64,000 nt of DNA from Moniliella sp. 'wahieum' (Eukaryota): NCBI GenBank assembly GCA_003971905.1, contig RSEE01000022.1:558001-622000 (forward strand), given 5' to 3'. Every line of letters starts with the position of its first letter. Within the stretch, counting starts at the first letter, position 1. This document shows positions 12,530-24,542 of this stretch, in pieces. Position numbers and translations under genes: made by a program. Under the pieces are notes generated by a model, which saw only the letters and a program-made list of their open reading frames with translations, searched no databases and was not told the origin of the DNA.

Positions 12530-14486
12530 ATGCGTGCTGTTCTCGTCGCTGGAGCAGCCGCATGTGCTGCGCTTGGTGCCCTCGGTCTGCCCGCAGCCCC
12601 GCTCCAAGCCCACATCGTCCCAAGGTCTCCTTCTTCCACACTCGCTGCCCCCACCGCCGATGCTGCGAGCCCCGCCACGACTTTTGCTCCTTTTATGGGC
12701 CCTTCCCCGTTCTTGGATGCCAATGCTTCTCTCACCCTGTCTAGCGACACAACCAACACCAGTGTCACCACAAACATCACCACCAGCACCGCCGATGGGA
12801 GCACGGGCTCAAACACGGGCAGCGCAGGCTCTAGCTCTTCCGACAGTGAGAGCAATAGTGCTTCCGATAACGATGATATGCCCTTCATGGCAGACCAAAT
12901 GTGGAATGCGTCCGTGTATGCATGGATCTGTACATACCCGGTGCCACCATCCCTGGGGCTCGCGCCCAGGACTCGGACAACCAAACAGCCATTACTGCGT
13001 ACGGGGCATGGACGACATGAGTCAAGCCCCGCACTGTTCAACCGTTTTGTCGGGAACGCCGTGAATAATGGAAGCTTTTTGACCGGATGGACTGGCTTGC
13101 CCAACGTACTTGGCTTTGATTTGATGCGAGACGTCCGGGTTGGGGTGCCGGACCAAGATGCCGCCTGCTACCAGCTCGGACGAAGCCGACCCGGACAATT
13201 ACGACTCGGACAGCGAGGACTCGAGCGATGCGGCTGCCAATGTGGCGGCTAAGGGTGCCATCTTTCCTTACTACATCGAGCACGGCAAGAACATGTCTTT
13301 GGTCAAGCGCGCATCGTGGTTATTCCGGTGTGCCTCGCAATCCATGGCAGACAGTCAACGAGGTGCGCAACTCGCTCCTGTGTGCCGCCTTTTCCAACAG
13401 CTCGGAATTGGATCTGTCAGAGGTATTGATCCTTGGCCCCGTCTGGCTGACGCAAGACGATATTAATGCCGGTGCTGGCGGTCCAGAAGACATTTTCTGG
13501 CCCGCAGGCAATGACTGGGGCAACGGGATCCCTCGGCGGGGCCGGGCAATGTGAGCATCAGTGCGTTCAGCGCGCTTGACGCGCTGGTGGACATGTTGTT
13601 TTCCAACTCCAACTTCCCCAGCCTGAATAGCGTGGTCATTGCAGGACACTCCTTGGGCGCAGCTCTGGCTCAGCGGTACGCCAGCATCCGCGCCCCAACC
13701 GACGACGATGATGACCTGATCTACTTTGCCGCCAACCCCTCCGTCTATACTTGGCCCTCTCCCGACCGACCCCGACCACATGCGGGTGGAGGGTGTAACG
13801 GGACTCGCAACGAGTGGCCGTATGGCTATGACCTGAGTCGCAACAACTTGTCTTTGGCTTATGCACCTCTTCCTTCGACCAATCGCTCGGAGCGTGCAGT
13901 GACGGAACAGTCACTTCGTTCCCAATACCTCGGCCGCCAGGTCAACTTTGCCTGTGGGTTGGCGGATAATCTGACTGGCTCGACGCAGTGCCAGGCCATG
14001 TATCAAGGCCTCACACACCTTACCAGGTGCCTACACATGCAGGCCCAAGTTAAAGCCTTCAATGTTTCGACGAACAATACGTGGGTCTATGTGGATGGCA
14101 TAGGTCACAACGAATATCTGGTACGTTCCCCCTCCTCCTCCTCTCCCTCTCCCCGCTCGTTCCACCCACTGGGTTATTACAGTTTGCTAAACCGGTACGG
14201 ATGACAGATGTTCTCGTCGGTTGAAACACAGCAACGACTCTTCATCGACACGCTCAACGTCCGCAAGTCGGCATTCCGATCTACCAACTCATCCAACTCT
14301 TCCGGCACTGGCCTGACGGGAAACGTTAGTGTGTCTGCTAAGCCGGCTGCGCTGCCCACCAGCACTGGCGTTTCCGACGGGTCTCCAACATCCAGCGATG
14401 CATCGGGTTTTGCCTCCCTAGCTCTCGGACAAGTAGCCATCGCGCTGCTTGTTTCTGTGGTGGCAGGACTCGCGACTTTGGCGTAA
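12530..14486 (+). CDS. Secreted alpha/beta-hydrolase (putative esterase) with Ser/Thr-rich linkers and a C-terminal hydrophobic TM/GPI signal
   Basis: Signal peptide MRAVLVAGAAACAALGALG. Core motifs SAFSALDAL..FPSLNSVVIAGHSLGAALAQRYA, YFAANPSVYTW, EWPYG, CGLADN, CQAMYQG and VDGIGHN. Intron 14121-14207. Ends ASLALGQVAIALLVSVVAGLATLA*. Confidence 0.8.
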
Positions 14487-15517
14487 CTCTTCCTTTTCTC
14501 TCTCTTTTTTTTCTTCTCACACCGGTTATCAACTTGCTTCACGCGTTATGTCTTTGTTGCACTTTTGTCAATTCACCAGCTCTTTCATCTTCGCCCAACT
14601 ATGTGTCGGCGGTGTCCCTACTTTCTCTTTCTCTTTCCATCCCTCTATTTGCTCGCTCCACCTCGCACGGCCCTGCTCTCTCATCGGCACTGGGGCTTGT
14701 TCTGTGGGTGGTAGTAATCTTTTTTGCCTCCACAGTGCATTGTTCTGTCACGGTCTCCATGCATTGCATACCATGAAATTTTGCCACGGGGGTTTGATCA
14801 TGAAGTACCCACCCTCGGGACTTTAGCTATGACTGAAAACGTTGCAGCTCAGCTAGGTGGAGTCGTCTCGAGATCACAATGATTGTAATGGCCAACAATA
14901 GCCAAAACGATGGCATAACACCTCGGGGGGCGTTCAGCTTCTGGAACTTCATTTTAGTTGCGTTGGCAATGCTCTCAGCGTACTAAGTACTCAGACTGAG
15001 CCCTGATCGCACGGAGCACTCAGGACTAGTACGCAATCAGAGAGCGATACCTACTTGCTAGTAAAGCCGTCCCTGATCATATGCATGTCATGAGATTGCC
15101 GGCGTTGGCCACGTTGCCGCGGGAGGGGGGGGGGGGGGCGGGTGCTGGTGGCAAGTAGAAAGCAACAGCTGGATAACAAAGATGCAATATCTAGAGGCGA
15201 CTAAGACAATGGGGAGAGTTGCATAGAGTGTTGCATCCCGTATACTAACAACGCCCTCTTTCTCAGGAGTCTCTCCTTTTCCTGTGACATGTGCAACGTG
15301 CCATCATGCATCATGCAACGCCAACGGCGGCACCACAGTGGGCAACCAGGGTCCCACCTTTTTCACAACAGTCTCGCTCGCTCAAGCTATTATACCACCC
15401 TCGGACCCTCCGAATTTCGCTGGCAACACCTGTTTTAAACCATGACGGTTCTCCTTTCTTAGTGGCAGCTTTTCCTCATTTTCACCTCCATCTTTCCATC
15501 CTGGAACCTCTTCTACC

Positions 15518-16953
15518 ATGTCCAAGACAGAATCCAAGTTTGGCCTTTCCACCCTCCTCCGCCCCATTCATGGAAGGAGAGCCAGCTCTTTTTCGCGAGC
15601 ACCTTCCTCCCCCTCATCGCGCAAAGGGCGGAAAGAAGAACGGGAAGACGGTACCTATCCCACCCCCGTTTCGCTCACCACGTTTCGTCCTTTGCCTTAT
15701 GGGTTGGAACGTAATGTGGCCATTGCCTTGGGCGAAGATGCAAGCACGGCTTGTGGGCGGCGGAGCCAACGGTACGGGGTCAGAACAATCAATTTCTCTA
15801 TCGCGACTTTGCAGGTGCGTATACCTCGATATCTTTTCCCACGACCACCGCGTCCCGTCTTCGTCCATTCGCTCACCTAAACGGGATATTCTTTGGCCAT
15901 TTCAGAGCGCAACGAGTTCCGCGAGCTGCTGGATCCCTTGACTCCGTCAGCCGAGGGAGACCGGTCGGGCAGAAGTGATGAGCAATTTTCGCCATTGCCC
16001 AACTCGGCGCTTGCACCACTATCCAACAGCCAACCCGGATCGGTGTCAGGAGGATGCAGCCCTCCTGCCTTTGGTGCATCCTTTACCTTCTCGGGTGTAC
16101 CTTACGTGCCTCGGAGGGCCAGCATGCCCCCGCCGCCCCTTGCTTTTGACGACGCCTTCCTTCCCCTTTCTACTTCTGACCTAGACCAGCTCCCGACGTC
16201 ACGTCCACTGCGATCTCTCTCTTCTTCTAGCCTCCCCGACAAGGAAGAGTACCGATCCCTACCTTTGGTACACTCATCGTTGTTGGACACCTTCAACCCG
16301 AAGAGGAGGGACCAAGGGCCGATCACGGCCCAGCGCGGCGCTGGTGAACTTCAATTCCGAGGGAGGCGAGTGCGGCGTGTAGGTGCAGATGGGGGTGGGG
16401 GATGGGGTGGGAGGGTGAATCCAATGCTTGCGGGAGTAGCTGATACCCTTCCACAATACATGATTGATGCCTTGATGGCGTGCTCCATGAGCGAGCCCAC
16501 TGTGGTCCCGGCTGAATCGCCTCCTCCCCCTTATTCCTGCCAGCAAGAGGAGTTGAACAACACGAGTGACCGGCCCCCCGGACCAGTTCGGTTCCTCGAC
16601 CAGACCAACAGCGATGGTGCCCTCCCCACTCACAGCCCACTCTGGCTCTACCTCCTGGGCGTCATGTGCCTTCGCAGCAATACGCACCCACTTCGGACTC
16701 GGAGAGGGACCATGGTGAAACCGAGGGCTCCTTGACGAATGCGCCGATATGGTTCCGTCCTACCTTTGCTTCTCGCCGAGCACGATCTCGATTAGCAGAA
16801 GGAAAATCTTCCCTTCCGTCTTCTTCGTCCCCTTCCCCATTTTGGCGGACGCGGCCGTCAGCCCCTGCAAGTCCGACCAGGACCGACACAGTCTCCCACA
16901 CTGCTGTCGTGCCTTCGGCCATGGTTACCCTCAATGGGTATGCCTTGCTGTGA
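15518..16953 (+). CDS. Hypothetical Ser/Pro-rich, probably disordered protein (frameshifted)
   Basis: Consecutive overlapping ORFs 15518-15880, 15893-16735 and 16666-16953 have similar composition. The ATG follows a CT-rich leader. A PPPY motif is present. No recognisable domain. Confidence 0.5.
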
Positions 16954-17538
16954 GGAACGCACACGCTACCTCCCTCAGCTGGCGACGGCAAGTCACATCT
17001 AACTGCATGTGGTCTACAGGACGTGTACCACCCCCCTCCTCACACACTCTCTGAACTAGTAATAATGAGACCGCCATTTCACGGGTACACGCTATTTTGG
17101 GTCTCTCTGCGGACGCTGGTTGGACAGGAAGAGAGGGGTTGCACTATGTGCCGTATAAAAGGGTCGCCCTGGTTGATCTCCTCTGCCAACCTATAGACTG
17201 GATGGAACGGTGGGTACTAGGGCGAGGGTAAGGGCGGTGCAAGTAAGCGGGAGATATATATACACGTAGCAATGAACGTCACGCATTCATCCCATATCCA
17301 ACGCAATCGGTAAGGTTTCAATTTATCATCAGCGCATCAGCAATCCTCAAGGCCAGTAGGTATCCGTGCTACGTGTCGAGGCGCTGCCCGAGCTTGGGGA
17401 GTGGCGTAGGGAGTGTAGCAAGCTCAGGTGGAGCCCCCCCAAGCGCACCGCGCTTTGCCTCGGTCGAGCTGGCGCCTGCTGGTGCCAACGCCCAATACGA
17501 TCCACCACCCATCCTCCCCCTTCCCCCTTTCCGGACGG

Positions 17539-18466
17539 CTACAAGGCACGCAGGCGTATCCCCGCACTGGCAGCTGCCAAGCCAGCCACCACTGCATCCT
17601 CCACACTCTTCCGCCCGCGCCACGGCGCGGGCACCAAGCCTTCCGGTACGCCGTGCAGCTCCACCGCGACGGCCAGCGTGTCCCCTGCTAACGCCAGCAC
17701 CGTCCCCCATCCGTCGCCTCGTTTCCTTGCGAGGCCCATCCATGCCGGGACGAGTGCCAAGGCTGCGAATCTGGTGGGTTAGTGTGGTCAGGTGGTCCGG
17801 CCTCGGTCGGTCAGCATGCCAAAACCCGCTCGGGCCCCACAAGCAAATCCAAATTTCTCTAACGCACCCAATACTGCTTCGCTCGGCTTTCTCCCCCCAT
17901 TCGTGCACGCTGTGCGCGAGCCACTTGGTGCCCTCGCTCCGGCCCCGGGCTCGCCGATGATGTAATGCAAATGCAGCATCAGCCCAGCCACAGTCAACCC
18001 GAGTGCGGCTACCTCCAACACCTCGGCGCTCCAAGCCAGCTGCTCTCCGACCCAGTCCAACCAGGACTCCGTGCTCCTCGTTCTTTTCACCCGGTGCATC
18101 GGCGTCTTTGTGGCCAGAGCGAGCGTGCCGCGCCTGCTCCACCCACTCTGCCACTACAAGTGACATGCGCAGTGTCGCCACCGCATGGGCGGAGGAGAGC
18201 AGCGCCCAGCCCACTTGTCGCCTCACAGCCTTGGCTGTGCCTCGTCCGGGGGGCACGAGTTTCCCGCACGAATGGCCAAGCGAGAGCAGCGCAGGAAGGA
18301 GCACAAGTGCGTTGGCACGCGCTTCGGGGGACAGGGCGGCGAGACGCGCAAGTAGGGTGCGCCGGCGGAGGGGTGGAGCAGGAGATCTGGGCGGCAGCGG
18401 CGGCTCCTCGGACGTGTGCCGGGCGGCAGAGAGCGCTGGGGCAAGCGAAGGCTGGGCAGGGGTCAT
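17539..18466 (-). CDS. Hypothetical membrane protein, possibly PEX11-like
   Basis: ATG at 18466 (MTPAQPSLA). Intron 17771-17867 (GTGCGT..CTAAC..CAG) joins KAERSSIG to FAALALVPAWMGL. Ends LAGDTLAVAVELH...AVVAGLAAASAGIRLRAL*. The PEX11 resemblance is architectural only. Confidence 0.5.
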
Positions 18467-19379
18467 GGTGCAGGGCGGGCATGCACACGGGCAGGTGGTG
18501 GTGGGAATGAGAGCAAGGCGCGGTGGGATGGGGTACTCGGGGGTGAAGCGTGAAGGGGGAAGGGGGACAGTAGCGCGGAAAAGCTTGAAGGCGAGGGCAA
18601 AGCAAGCGGCGGGAAACGGAGCGAGGGCAGCCAGCTGCGATACTGGTGATTGCGACACGGCGCACCAGCGCGTGGGCGCTTGGGCACATATAAGTCCCAC
18701 CCGAATGGGCCTGTGCTGGGCGGCTGGCGCGCTTACCGCTTACCGGCTGCTGACGGTACATACACGGATTGAATATGAACATTGCACATTGATTTGCTCC
18801 GTAATCGGGTAACCCTACCCCAATGCGTAACCCCTCTCTGCTGTAAGGCCTGTGAAAGCCAGTGGGCGTAGGCGCAGTCCCAGAATCGCACCCATCTCCC
18901 CACCACAACATTCCACCACGGGTGCACCAGTGCAAACGAGGTGGGGCACAGGGAAGAGCGTGGACTGAAGGGGCACGTGGGCCAAAAGAATATCCGGAAA
19001 AAGGGGAGTTGTAGTACAATAAGCTCTAGCTCAGGTGCCCACACGCCCTTGCGGTGCTGGGGATGTATATACCCATCAAGTTGTTGTGAGCATCATGAAG
19101 ATAGAGAGGAGCGCGAGCTGTTTGCCACCTTATTCCAGAGGTGATGCCAACTCCTCAATCACGTCTCGCAGCACTCACGGTGCCTGTCTCTCAGTCAGTA
19201 CTGCCACAGCTTCAGCTCCGGCTGCAGCAATCTCTGCTTGCGCGTGCCTATCTGCGGGTTCGTTCCTCCCAGCTTCGTCCCCGTCGGCCGAAGAGGCGAT
19301 TCATGTGTGGCGCAGTTGCAAAACGTAATACTTGGGCAGATCTGGCATCATGAGTTTACACGATCGTAAGATACGGTGG

Positions 19380-20170
19380 ATCCGACGTCAGGTCTGGGAG
19401 CTGGGCTTCCCCTAGTCGTCTGGGCCGCCTCTGTGGCGCATGTATCTTCAGACACACAGGAGCAGCAAAGGAAGTAAGACACACGTGTGGGGCGTACGCG
19501 CTGTTAGGGAATGAAACGCAAGATTGTGAGTTTCTGCGATAGGTATATGGGGCCGGGGGAAGGACGGGGCGACAGGCGTGACGGTAGAACACCGCACTGG
19601 GAGTAGCAGGACAGCGTCAACCATCATACTTGGCTGTGGCGGCCCTGTTTTGTGGTTGAGGCGCGTCATGTGGGAGGCGAGAATGGATGGGATGGTGTAG
19701 CAGAGCACCAGAACCATTTCCTAAGGCTTATATTAGGGATCAGGGATGGGTAATATACAGCGGCGGCGCTCTGTCAAGCAGGGTGCGCTCGACGGGGTGA
19801 GATCGCCGTGGACAACGAAGCCTTGGCGTGCATCGACGCAAGAGGCGAAGAAGCACTTGGTTCATGATAGATTGAATGTATTGGAGCTACATGTGGTCGT
19901 GGTTGATCAATGCTCTCATCAAGCTGTCCTGGTGCTCAAATACCAGCCAGAGTCGGGTGCCGTTACAAAGAAAAACTTGCAATTGCACCCAACCAATCGC
20001 GTTTGCCTTGCCGACGGTCTGAAAGTTCCCGGCCTGACGGAACGCCTCGTAACGCATGGTCTTGTCTGTGCCTCTCACCTTGATCGCAACCGGCTGGTTA
20101 GTCACCGTGGCCAGCGTCTTGAATGTAGTGTCCTCAGTTGTACTTGCCATGACGGCCGACGGTAATCATG
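19380..20170 (-). pseudogene. Degenerate CDK/CMGC-like protein kinase relic
   Basis: Kinase-like motifs occur in the correct order across frames: TNQPVAIK (20079-20102), RLWLVFEHQD (about 19926-19955), LQYIQSIMNQVLLRL, FVVHGDLTPSS (core 19793-19810) and EMVLVLCYTIPSILA. In-frame stops are present and no DFG is recognisable. Confidence 0.55.
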
Positions 20171-21826
20171 CACCAGAACAACATGTGTCCAAGTCCACCC
20201 CTTTGATATGTGCCTAACCACGACCAGGAAGCCACTAATGTCGACAAGATAGTCCAATTGCAACAGGTCGTCATGCTCTTCATCTGCCAAAGAGAACTGC
20301 ACACTTCAAAGTCAGCTGGCCTAAGTAGTATGTTAACATTGAATGGGAGCCTAGTGGACTTGTGGTATCGTCTAGTCCGTGGGGGTGGCGGGGTGCAGTT
20401 GGGACCAACAAACAAGTCAAAGCTCCGGACTATAGATAGGGTTCGGATTGGTCAAACATAAAGCCGACATGGTTCGCGTGGTGCCTTTTTACGCGGGTTC
20501 GCCTGCGTCAGTTCCCGCCATATCGCTGTCGCGTTCGCGCCATTCAGAGAGGCAGGTGTGGTGTGAGGGTGGTGGAAGTGGTGAGCGATTGAAGTAATCT
20601 GCCTCGACGGCTGCTCACACAGACAGACGAGTGCACCACGGCATGGAAGGGTATTTGGTGTTTTAAAGCTCCGATCCATCACCAGCCCCAACGCGAAACT
20701 ACTGGGAGTCGTCCTTCGGTTCCCCAAGGGATTGTATCCCCAAACCGTAGGGACCTCTGGCGCCCGCCCGTGACACGGAGCTTCGACAGCAGTTGCGGTG
20801 GCAGCCGGTCTGATTAACCCTACGTTGAATATGGACCCTCCTTCCCCGCCGTAGACGTCAGCAAAACGAGGCGACGGCACCATGAACTGAGTTGAGTCGG
20901 GTGGTGCCGCAACGCGTGACATGCATGACAGCGCGGTGTGATGCGTGTGATATGTGATACCCAGAGCACGTGACATGCAACATTCCTGCGACGATCATAT
21001 ACGCGCTACGAAGCGAGAGGCCGACGCTTGCCCCTCGCGCTGGCCGATCTGGTCCTGCTGAGCCGTGCCGCGCTGTTGGGTTCCCTTGTGGGGCGCCAGT
21101 GTGCAGCGGGGCGGGCGCGTGGGGACGCGGTGGCAGCAGGTGGCCGCAGGTGGCTGCCCAGGAGCGGCCGCCTGCCGACCTAGTGGCGCCTGCAATGATC
21201 GACACAGCGACACTGCTCCTGTGCTGAGAGTCTACACCGCTCCCCAAGCTGGCGCCATGCGAGCAGCCGAGGGCCAAAGGAACACTGGCCGGAGGGGAGC
21301 CCTCTGCTTGGGGTCCATCGTGCGCCGCCGAGCCAAACGCAGCACGCGCGCAACTCCGCCCCGCTGGGGGCACGGGGCCAGTGCTGCATCTGGTCCCCAC
21401 CGGCCGCACGGGGCAGCGCTGGGCGCTGGCGGCGCACGGCAGCACTCTGGCTGCTCTGGCTTGGCGGCGCTTCTGCACGCTTCTGCTGGCTGGTGCGTGC
21501 TGGTGCGCACGACGCTTGCTCTGGCTTGCGGGGTGGCTGCGTACGTACGCACCGTCGAGCTCGGCGGCTGGCAGCAGAGAGCAGAGAGCGCAGGTAGATC
21601 GCTGCCCACCGCCCCTTCTCCTCCTCCCCGCCCCGTCCCCGCCGTCCTTGCGTGTGCGCTGCGCATTCAACCCAGCCTTGCTGCCACCCTGTCTGGCCGG
21701 CCCAGCCCATCCCACTCTTTTGCCCACCGCCTACACCTCCTCCCCACCACCCCACCCCCGTTGCGCCTGCGCACACCCAACCGACTGTCTCCCCTCCTTT
21801 CCCGCTCCTGTCCCCCGCTCCCCACC

Positions 21827-23510
21827 ATGGACGCCCTCAACCAGCTTCACGCCCACCGCCAGCGCCGGTACACCACGCTCGCCCGGCCCCGCCGCGAGGC
21901 AGCGGCTGCTGCCGATCCCCCGTCCTCGGACCCCCTCCCGGATCCGTCCTCCCGTCCTGTCGCCTCCGACAAGCCGTCGCCCTCGGCCACCTCGGCCCCC
22001 CATGCGTCGAAGGACCCGGCCTCCTCACCCCCCCGGCTCCTTCGTCCCCCGCCCCCTCATCAGAGGATCCCGGTATGTCGTTACGCCTTGCTCCTCGCTC
22101 CTGCGTGAGGCCGTCAACGGCCCGCCGTGTCCGTTTTGCACCAATGATGACTGATCCATTTCCGTTTTTATTCTTCCCAGCTTCAACTCCCCCAGTTGCT
22201 TCCTCCAAGTCTGATGCCATTCCCAGCCATGATGGCTCTAGTACGGGTGCGAGTGCAAGCGCGAGTGCAATCCCAAGTCCCAGCGCGAGCGACAACCCAT
22301 CCAGCCTGCCTGTACCAAGCATCAGCTTACCCTCCAGCCTCCCGGTTTCGGACTCCCTCAGCAATTTCTTGCCCCCTCTGTCCAGCTCTTCTTCTATTCC
22401 TGCCCTCTCCTCCACGCTAACTTCAAGCGTGCTCCCAACCTCTAGTCGTCATTGCTTGCCTCATCCAGCAGCATGCCCACCAGTTCCTCGCTTCCTTTGA
22501 GCTGACACCCTTTTCGTCCGACATTTCAAGTTCGCTTCCGTCGTCTGCCTCGTTGGTCTCCTTCTCGGCGCCCAGCATTCACACTGTCACGACAGGTGCA
22601 GAGGCTTCATCTTCGTCGGCCTTGCCTTCCGCCACCTCTACCAACAATCACAACGCCTTGGGTGTTGGGCCCATTGTTGGAATTGCCGTCGGTGGCGCAG
22701 TGGGGCTGGTTGCCGTGATTGCGATCCTAGCTTGTCTCCTGCGTCGGTCCAAGCGCGAACGGGATGCCAACAATCCCTTTGACAATCCCTTTGACAAAGA
22801 CCTTCTCCGTCGTCAGAGCGCACGCCTGCCCGACACTTTCCTCGATGACACGGATGCGTCGCCCGAGATGATGCAACACAACCTGCAAGACCCAGCAGGC
22901 CGCACAGACGAGTACGGCCGTCAAGATGAGTACGGCCACATGGACGAGTACGGCCACCCATCCAGGCTACCGAGCAGGGCTATGGAGGTTACCCGCAGTA
23001 CCCGCAGGCAGCCTATGGTTCCGACCTCGCTTCGGGCCCTGAAACGTTGGGTGCCCACGACGTGAATATGGCGGATCCTATGCCCATTTGGACCGTGCCC
23101 GCGGGAACGACGCATACGACTCGAGCGGCGGCTACGACTATACCGGCCGCCGTGGCAACCAAGAGTACGGTTCAAACGCGGGTCAGGACTATGGGGCGCA
23201 GTACTCCAACGCCGACCATGGGTACGGGGCGTACGGTTCGAGTGCTGCCCTGGCCCCAGCTGCCACCTCGGGCAACCTCGCACGGAGCCGGTCAGATGCC
23301 TCCCAAAGTTCAGGCACCAAGCCCACCAACTCCTCTGAGCGCGACTCAGCTGCGTGGGACGGGATGATGACGGATGGACCGATGCCCAACCCGTTTGATC
23401 GGTACGACGATGGTCCGCAACAACAGTCGTACGAGTACGACTACTCGTACAACCCGCATGCTACGTTCCCGCATGCTGGAATGCATTCGGACGATGCGTA
23501 CGGACACTGA
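21827..23510 (+). CDS. Mid2/Wsc-like single-pass membrane protein (Ser/Thr-rich ectodomain, TM, Tyr-rich tail)
   Basis: ATG in CCACCATGG context at 21827. Intron 22073-22180. Long S/T/P tract, TM VGPIVGIAVGGAVGLVAVIAILACLL followed by RRSKR, then a cytosolic tail with NPFD and DEYG repeats. Ends SDDAYGH*. Confidence 0.75.
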
Positions 23511-24542
23511 TCGTCCCCACTCCCCTCCTTTCCTCTTGCCTTTGTTCCTCCTTTTTCATCCACTTGCCCCTCGCTATATCCTTTCCTCCTTTTTTCCATT
23601 TTGTTGCCTCCCACCAGCCTGCAGCTCGGATGCTCTGTCGCTAGATGATACCCCAACCTAGCGTCATTCCTCGTTCTTTAAATCCCTCCCCTTCCCCGCC
23701 TTGCTCTTTCCACATACCTTTTCCATATTGATTTTTTTGTCTCAGACCCCTCCCCCCCCCCACCCACCTACCCACCTTTCGGCCCGGGCTCTTCTCTTTG
23801 ATGCTCCTATCTTGGCTGCTGGTGGCCGTTGCTCACGTCGCGCCTCCTCGTTGCCTTGCGCTTTTTGTGAGGGAGGGGTGGAGCCCGGTTCCGCCCCTCT
23901 CCGTCCTCCGTTTCTTGGATCGCATTCACCCACCTCTCCATCCGGTCATGGCTCGTGGGTTCCTGCCGATTTCTTGTTCTTCCCTGCCGACCTACTATTG
24001 CGTGTTGGCTTGGTAACGTATAAAAACCCCTTGAAAAGGTACACGTCACGCCAGCGCCCTTGCCTGTAGTGATGATGGGAAGGACAGGACAATCAGAGCC
24101 ATGGGTGCTGCTCGCATGGTGGAGGGACTCCGATTCGGGTAGCCAGATAGACCTGTTCTGGGAGGGGTAGCCAGAACCGCCGCCTGTACGACTGCGGATG
24201 GGGGTCTGCATGCAGTCTGGTTGGGGAGCCAAATGGACAGAAGGCATGCATCTGCTCCAGGGCGGACGTGATGCGTGACGCACGCTTGAGGCCCGAAGCG
24301 CCATACAAGTTTCAAAACATGCCCCAGCCACTTCGCGCCTCGCATAAGAGCCCGCCCCCCACGTCGGTGCAAAAAATCCGCGACCCACGATGCATTCCGC
24401 CCATCGCTGGTTCCGCCATTTTTTTTCGGGCGGCTCACGACAAAGCAGCCCAAACGGGGCCAGAGGCGAAAGCCCCGCTGCTGTGCCTGTCCACCTCGGG
24501 CTCCCCGCCACCACCTCTTCTGCGCTGGCACTGGCACACACC

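Noticed and set aside
20858..22500. Many long overlapping ORFs on both strands (likewise at 29817-31396 and 44736-45754)
   Set aside because: These are shadow ORFs caused by high GC and few stop codons, with Arg/Gly/Pro-rich translations and no motifs.
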